In this document: positions 58,501 through 64,000 of the stretch, piece by piece
How the letters are laid out: each line of letters begins with the position of its first letter
How positions within the stretch are numbered: position 1 is the stretch's first letter
Source: Ylistrum balloti
Lineage: Eukaryota
Length of the DNA: 64,000 nt
Assembly (NCBI RefSeq): GCF_031769215.1
Contig: NW_026782534.1
Coordinates: 310,001 to 374,000, forward strand
Reading direction: 5' to 3'
Translations under genes and position numbers: made by a program
Notes under the pieces: generated by a model
The model's input: the letters and a program-made list of their open reading frames with translations, nothing else
What the model was told of the DNA's origin: nothing
Databases searched by the model: none

Positions 58501-61500
58501 GATCCATAAATAACTAATAACCTCTCTCAGGATCACAAATAACTATTTAACTCTCTCAGGATCCCTAAATAACTTCCTAACTCTCTCAGGATCACAAATA
58601 ACTAATTAACTCTCTCAGGATCCATAAATAACTAATAACCTCTCTCAGGATCCATAAATTACTGGTCAACTCTCTCAGGATCCCTAAATAACTTACTAAC
58701 TCTCTCAGGATCACAAATAACTGATTAACTCTCTCAGGATCCATAAATAACTAATAACCCCTCTCAGGATCCATAAATTACTGATCAACTCTCTCAGGAT
58801 CCCTAAATAACTAATTAACTCTCTCAGGATCCCTAAATAACTGATTAACTCTCTCAGGATCTCTAAATAACTGCTTAACTCTTTCAGGATCTATAAATAA
58901 CTAATTACCTCTTTCAGGATCCAAAAATAACTGATTTACTCTCTCAGGATCCCAAATAATGCATTACCTCTCTCTGATAATCATACATAAATATATCACA
59001 AGTGGAATTATGAATATATATTATATTTATATAGTCCAGAAGTAGAAAATCTAGTTTTCTGGGGTGAGTTTCTTGTAGGCGAGTGGAAGAATCTGGGGCC
59101 TGTTCGACCATATTCAAAATATCATTTTAAAACTTTTTTGTGCATTTAACTGATTTTTATCATAAATACTTTTATATAATATACGTAATATTTGTGTCTT
59201 GATAAAAGTGCAGATTGCATTGAAAATTTGACAATTAACATGTCCTTTCAGTCATTATTACTTTATTGATCAGATATACATGTTACAGTACATGTTTGCG
59301 CAAGATTCCCTCTTTTCTCCTTAAACCATTCAATTCAATGTAACAATAACAGTTTGTTTACCTGAGAGTCTGCCTCCAGAAAAAACTGAGGAGTGTGTGA
59401 CTGAGAACTTGAACTATTCTGGCACTGCAGAATCATAGAATTGATGCCTGCAAGGAAATGTAATTCTCAATTAAATGTTGTATGTTTATTAACACAGCTT
59501 ACACTTATATAAATCTATTAACTATATTTACTATATATATATGTATGTCATTCAGCAGTATGGACAGTATTGAGACTCATCAATGTACAATTTAATCCTT
59601 TGAATGTTTTAGATTGATATTATCTGATGCTTTGAAATAAAAATGTGATATGACAATAGTTGTGAGGAGTATACAGAACAAAGAAATTCACAGTAAAATA
59701 CAAATACACCAATATAGGACTCAACATACTGATAACAGCAGTAGGTTCAAATAATTAAAATGTTTCATATTCAAGACTTGACAATTTACTAGAAAAACAA
59801 TGTTCTTTTTTTAGTAAGTGTTTGATTAGCAATAAAACTAAAACAAATGTAAACAATACCCATAATAGCGCCCTCTTTAGCTTGCCATAAACTTTTATCG
59901 CACTTGCAAATCTGAAATTGATGTAAACATACAAATTATTAGATTGAAATATTAAGCTGACATTCATTCAATACATATTACATACATATTAAGCTACTGA
60001 GCACAGATCTTTTAATAAATTTAAGTTGAAAAAACAAATTCAAAGTACTGGCAGTAACACGATTGTCTTCCCATTCAATTTATCTCAAATGATTGTAAAA
60101 GGAATCATAAAAATTAACAATAAACAAGATTATAAACAGACCTGCACTAAGCTGTTGAAAAGAAGCTCCTGTTCTGTCAGTCTGAAATATCCAACTATGT
60201 GTACAAACTGTTTAGCACATGCATTTCTTATTGCAGACCAGACATCAGTTAGAGCTGATTTAATCAGGTCCTGCAACAAAAACTGATAAATTATTTCACA
60301 CATCATCAAACCAATATAATACAATTTATGTCAACTTCAATCATGTGAATCATAAGCCAGCAATACTTTGGGTTTTCCCAAATTTTAAGTCTCAGTTTGA
60401 GAACATTAAGATTTCAAAAGAGAAAATGAAGAATGATTTAATAGTACATTTGCATTTTGTTCAGTTATATTATGACATTGTGACATTATACACACTGTAA
60501 ATGTTTTTCAATATGTCACAATGGGTTTTGTTATTAAAATAAATATACCAAATATTTACCAAAACTTGTTAACAGATTAATAAAAAACTTTCTGGCATGA
60601 TAAGTATGATATGGAGTACACACTTACCAATGTACTGCTGGCATACTGACAGTCAGCAAGACTGTGTCTGTTCTCCTTCAACCACTCCATTATATGGACA
60701 ACTGTTCGGTTTCGCACTACTGGCATGTTTGCAACTGGAATAAAAAAAACAGTAATAATCCCTGCTAGAAGTTACTTAAGATCTTTTGAATATATATATA
60801 TATATATATAATATGTAAAGTAAATACTGCTGTTTTCTCTGAGCTGACATATCTTAGATAGAACAAAACATTGTTTGGTTTCATGTAACTTATATAGACA
60901 GGAACTTCTTTAATATTAGCAAATTTATCTGAACATCAAACTTGAGGTAGATAAGAGAAAAGTACCTGTCACAGATGAGATCAGGAAAGAATTAGCCAAT
61001 CAAGTCATTTGTTCTTATATGCGAATAAACAAGTTACACCTAAATACATGTATAGTACAAGAGAATCAAACTTTGAAAAAAAGTTTGAAAAAAAAAAGAC
61101 AAGAAAAACAACAAATCCTTTTACTAGTTAAGTGGTCTTCAGGTTATGTGAACTTTGAAACTGATAGTTTGTTAACACACCATATATACGTCTGTGTGTA
61201 TTTTGACATACCTACCCTGTTTCAGACTATCAGTGTGTATTTTGACAAACATACCCTGTTTTAGTGTGTACTTGTAGGCCTCAGTAAGGGAACTGTACAG
61301 GTCCTGCTGAGCATACCTAACAAAACAGTCATCTCTTCAGTTAAGCATAATATACCTAGGTTTATATATATATATCTTGTTGAACTATCAAAATGCAAAT
61401 TTATTTAAAGGTGTGTATTGTATCAATATTTTGATTGAGAAATCATTTAAAAGTTAAAACACACTTTCCTTTAATCAGCAACATGCATGTAGCACCTATC

Positions 61501-62056
61501 TCCACAACAGAACCCCCAATAAGATACTACTGTATTAACATGGTACCAACATATATATTGTATTGACATATTTGAAAAACAAAATGTTACAAACTGGATA
61601 AAATAATATGTCAAGACATATCTGTGTTAACTAATTCAGAGTTCTCACATACCATTTTAGAAATACATCCAATAGATCAATGATGATTGCCTTGTGATGA
61701 CCATCACTGGAGGCTAACACAGTTCCTGTACAGGACATCCGTCTGACTCGTCCCCCACCATCACTATTGGCCTCAGACCAACCAAACCGACGATCAAAGA
61801 CATAACATGTAAATTTATTGAGTGCTTCTTGTGTACCACAGAATTCCAAGGGATCTGTAAAATTCTGACAGCGACCATTGACGGGGAGTATGACCTCCTC
61901 CTCAATTAGATCATCTCTAGGAATTTGTATTGGAGAGGAATGTTTCAATGACAAAGGCTGTAAGTTGGAATGAACCTTTTGCAATAGCTCCAACTCTCCT
62001 TTAGCTGAAGTTGTGATCAACAGAGCATTAATCTGCTCCAAGGTATTTGCTGCCAT
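37553..62056 (-). CDS. Uncharacterised HEAT/ARM-repeat-like protein, about 1189-1198 aa, 28-29 coding exons
   Basis: Exons: 62056-61653, 61316-61255, 60734-60628, 60270-60142, 59911-59860, 59447-59362, 57190-57059, 56750-56664, 56348-56277, 54955-54835, 54538-54386, 53042-52850, 52194-52134, 51675-51604, (50978-50952 uncertain), 48310-48252, 47807-47690, 46079-46003, 45485-45347, 45032-44847, 44316-44137, 43630-43488, 43092-42892, 42594-42468, 41346-41227, 40173-40044, 39719-39511, 38762-38696, 37635-37553. All are GT-AG and phase-compatible, ending in TGA. HEAT-like helix pairs include LTDVWSAIRNACAK, LWQAKEGAIMGI, LLSNPQLTIRENAAKAL, YLSHPASTVRQAASNIF, WESREGRLFAYELI and LSDSRWELGRMAQQ. Confidence 0.8.
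38780..39040. repeat. 30-bp minisatellite, about 9 copies (intron, next to an acceptor)
   Basis: Unit CAGTAAACCACCAGTTAACCTGTTGTGTAA. It explains the three overlapping repetitive ORFs at 38738-39099. Confidence 0.93.
40190..40920. repeat. 52-60-bp variable minisatellite, about 12 copies (intron)
   Basis: GGTTTAACAAGGGAGG anchors at 40251, 40310, 40366, 40422, 40482 and 40534. Confidence 0.9.
41450..42490. repeat. 42-bp minisatellite of about 24 copies derived from an exon tail plus splice donor
   Basis: Unit AAATTGCCCACCTTCATTGTTACAATAGCTGATCAGTTAGAT. The rightmost copy overlaps the last codons and donor of exon 42594-42468. Confidence 0.95.
43940..44056. mobile_element. Possible short MITE relic (Tc1/mariner-type, TA-ended)
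   Basis: TATAAGCCGCA ... TGCGGCTTATA inverted pair, with right end ...GGCCAGAAAATATGGTA. The left terminus is degraded. Confidence 0.35.
46690..47690. repeat. 34-bp minisatellite of about 29 copies starting at a splice donor
   Basis: Unit TGGTTAAGGCCTACTTGGTACAGAGTGAACTTAC, period 34. On the minus strand many units begin GTAAGT. Confidence 0.95.
55000..56130. repeat. 46-bp highly homogeneous minisatellite, about 24 copies (intron)
   Basis: Unit ACAATGTTTGATAAACTGGATCAACATAGCTAATCTGGTAATGTTA, period 46 (55082/55128). Ends at a T-run at about 56132-56149. Confidence 0.96.
57410..58970. repeat. 29-30-bp minisatellite of about 50 copies with cycling variants (intron)
   Basis: Unit CTCTCTCAGGATCCCTAAATAACTGATTAA with CCCTA/CACAA/CCATA variants recurring in blocks. 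Confidence 0.95.
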
Positions 62057-62343
62057 GACAGGTGCTCTAAAATAGAAATAACCAATATAGTTTAACAAGA
62101 CAAATTAATGTTAACAATTCAAAAAATAACAAATATATGTAGAAAACATTGAAGTATATTGGCCTCGCCATAGTACTTATGATACTTGATTTATATAACA
62201 AAGTAATGACAGGAAACGTAACACATTGAGATGTTTATGTATGGAGCAATATTTGTCTTTAAAATTCACTATAAATACAACAGCAAGGCATTTCGATGCT
62301 GAAATAAATCTCAAATATAGCAGGGTGCACACAAAACATTCAA

Positions 62344-62700
62344 GTATTATCAGAAGTTCCTCATGAGACAATGCTTGGACCCCTCCTTGTATATATCAAA
62401 GAACTGTCTTCTTGCAATTTAATTCTGTTACAGTATAGAACAATCTACACTATTGCAGACTCATAAAATTTGCAGTAGGACCTGGATGTAGATCTGTTAT
62501 ATGCAACCCACAAACCAATTATAACACTCATAACCTGAAAAAGATTTAACGAAAGGCAGCCAGTATGTCTGTGATTATAATAGTAATCACAGTATAGTCA
62601 TGTCACAAGGATGCTTCAGAAACTCAGCAGGAGGATCCATCTGGAATCCAGCAATTGATGTTCTACAAAATTATCCATGGCCTCATTGACATCAGACTGG
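62344..62700 (+). pseudogene. Decayed CR1/L2-type LINE reverse-transcriptase fragments in intron 1 of the HEAT gene (antisense)
   Basis: VLSEVPHETMLGPLLVYIKEL resembles [21 protein letters not shown]. LQ*DLD is present. AARYVC-like, VTRMLQKL and MFYKIIHGLIDI segments match the conserved C-terminal region of such ORF2 proteins. Confidence 0.7.
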
Positions 62701-63135
62701 ATCCCTATCAAGGATCTCAAAACAGTTCACTTCTTAATTTGCATCTCATATTGTTGGTCACATTGCACTCACTCTTAGACAGTGGCGGATTTAATCATTT
62801 TTTTAATATATATTTTCTTCGGATTATTTTTTGTTAAACAAATGTCAAAGACAACATATACAGGCAAAAGAGATGGTCAGTAATCAGAGAATTATGGAGG
62901 GGGAGGTGTTTGACAAAACAGGTTTTGAAGGGAAAGAGATAATCTGTGACAGTTACATCCATGGATAAAGTTGTGTCAGCAGAGTCAATGTGATCATTTA
63001 ACAGTTCAAATATGACCTGTGTCACTGTTGTGTTGTGTCATCTCATCTGCACTGCACGCTTTCTGGTTTATCGTAAGAATTTCAAGTTCTAAACTAAAAC
63101 GAATCTTATCAAATTTAATCTTGGAACAGAATTAC

Positions 63136-63320
63136 CTCAGTCATTATATATATGCGTTTCTGATCTACTCCAGAACAATTTATTCGACAGCAGACGGGTC
63201 TCCGGCAAGAAAGAATGTTTGGTCGGCCATATTTGTTTACCATTACGCCACTTCCGGTAGACAATAATCGGATTAAAAATATTTTGGTACAAATTATGGA
63301 TTGTTGATAGTTTTTGGTAA
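63136..63320. promoter_or_regulatory. CpG-enriched core promoter and non-coding first exon of the HEAT gene, possibly bidirectional
   Basis: Minus-strand donor GAG|GTAATT at 63135. YY1-like AAATATGGCCG on the minus strand (about 63225-63236) and ETS-like CCGGAAGTG on the minus strand (about 63249-63257). A plus-strand GGTAAGT donor-like site lies at about 63316. Confidence 0.5.
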
Positions 63321-64000
63321 GTAAACGTGTGCTAAACATTAATGGTTTTTAAAAATCATAAGTTTATCTTTATTACCCAAGTTTATAATAATTACGAAAA
63401 TGAAGGTAGTGTAAATATAAAAGCGGTTCCTTTCCGGATATATTATATATCCATCGAGTCAGGGGTCGGATCCAAGAACGAAATACATAGATTTTTTTTT
63501 CTTCGATGACTCTGATGGATTGCTCAGCAATTCTTTAAATAAAATATTTGAAAAAATACTCCAGAGACCTTGTTAATACGATTACTGTACTGTGCATGTT
63601 GTGTCTGAAGTATTTCATGAAACAATAAATTAAGAACCTCAAGGTCCATATCATAGGCTTTTAAATAACACTACATTTATTATGGTATACGCACATTTTT
63701 GTGACATAAAAGTTACATCTTCCTGTCCTGAATAAGCCCACCACGAGGGATTTATTCCTGACATAACGTTAAACAAGCATGATTGTTCCCTGTATTCAAT
63801 GATGGTAGGTTGAAAGGGACTTTTTCATAATTTGGACAGATTTATTTGTTTATTCATTTTTTACATAGTCTGGACTGATACTATTAGTACATTCGATGAT
63901 AAATATGTAAAATATACACATTTTATTTAATCATTCATTTATTCGGTACTTTTTACATGAACCTAGTACACGCTGGAAAATGTTAACGTCCGCCTTGACC

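Noticed and set aside
62834-63025. Upstream ORF as a coding first exon of the HEAT gene
   Set aside because: GTG start, ends in a stop and has no suitable donor. The ATG at 62056 has good context, and the ATG near 63144 is out of frame after splicing.

Overview
AT-rich animal genomic DNA; the repeat landscape suggests a bivalve mollusc, which is an inference. Three spliced protein-coding genes lie on the minus strand. I rebuilt each exon by exon, with GT-AG boundaries and consistent phases. (1) 131-9587: a 1200-aa mitochondrial-type protein made of an N-terminal presequence, an intact HAD phosphatase domain, a degenerate second HAD domain, an internal presequence-like linker and a complete choline dehydrogenase (CHDH/BetA, GMC oxidoreductase). 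This HAD-HAD-CHDH fusion is the most interesting object in the window. (2) 20495-26805: an 893-aa N4BP1/KHNYN-like KH + UBA-like + NYN ribonuclease + CUE-like protein. (3) 37553-62056: an uncharacterised HEAT/ARM-repeat-like protein of about 1190-1200 aa in 28-29 coding exons. Introns and intergenic DNA hold many minisatellites, a 1.55-kb TIR/foldback element rich in TTTCACTTAAGTGAAA palindromes, Helitron/Helentron-like interspersed repeats and two decayed LINE fragments. At least seven tandem duplications or minisatellites are seeded on exon tails and 5' splice junctions, and two of them create in-frame alternative donors. No prokaryotic features and no CRISPR array were found.
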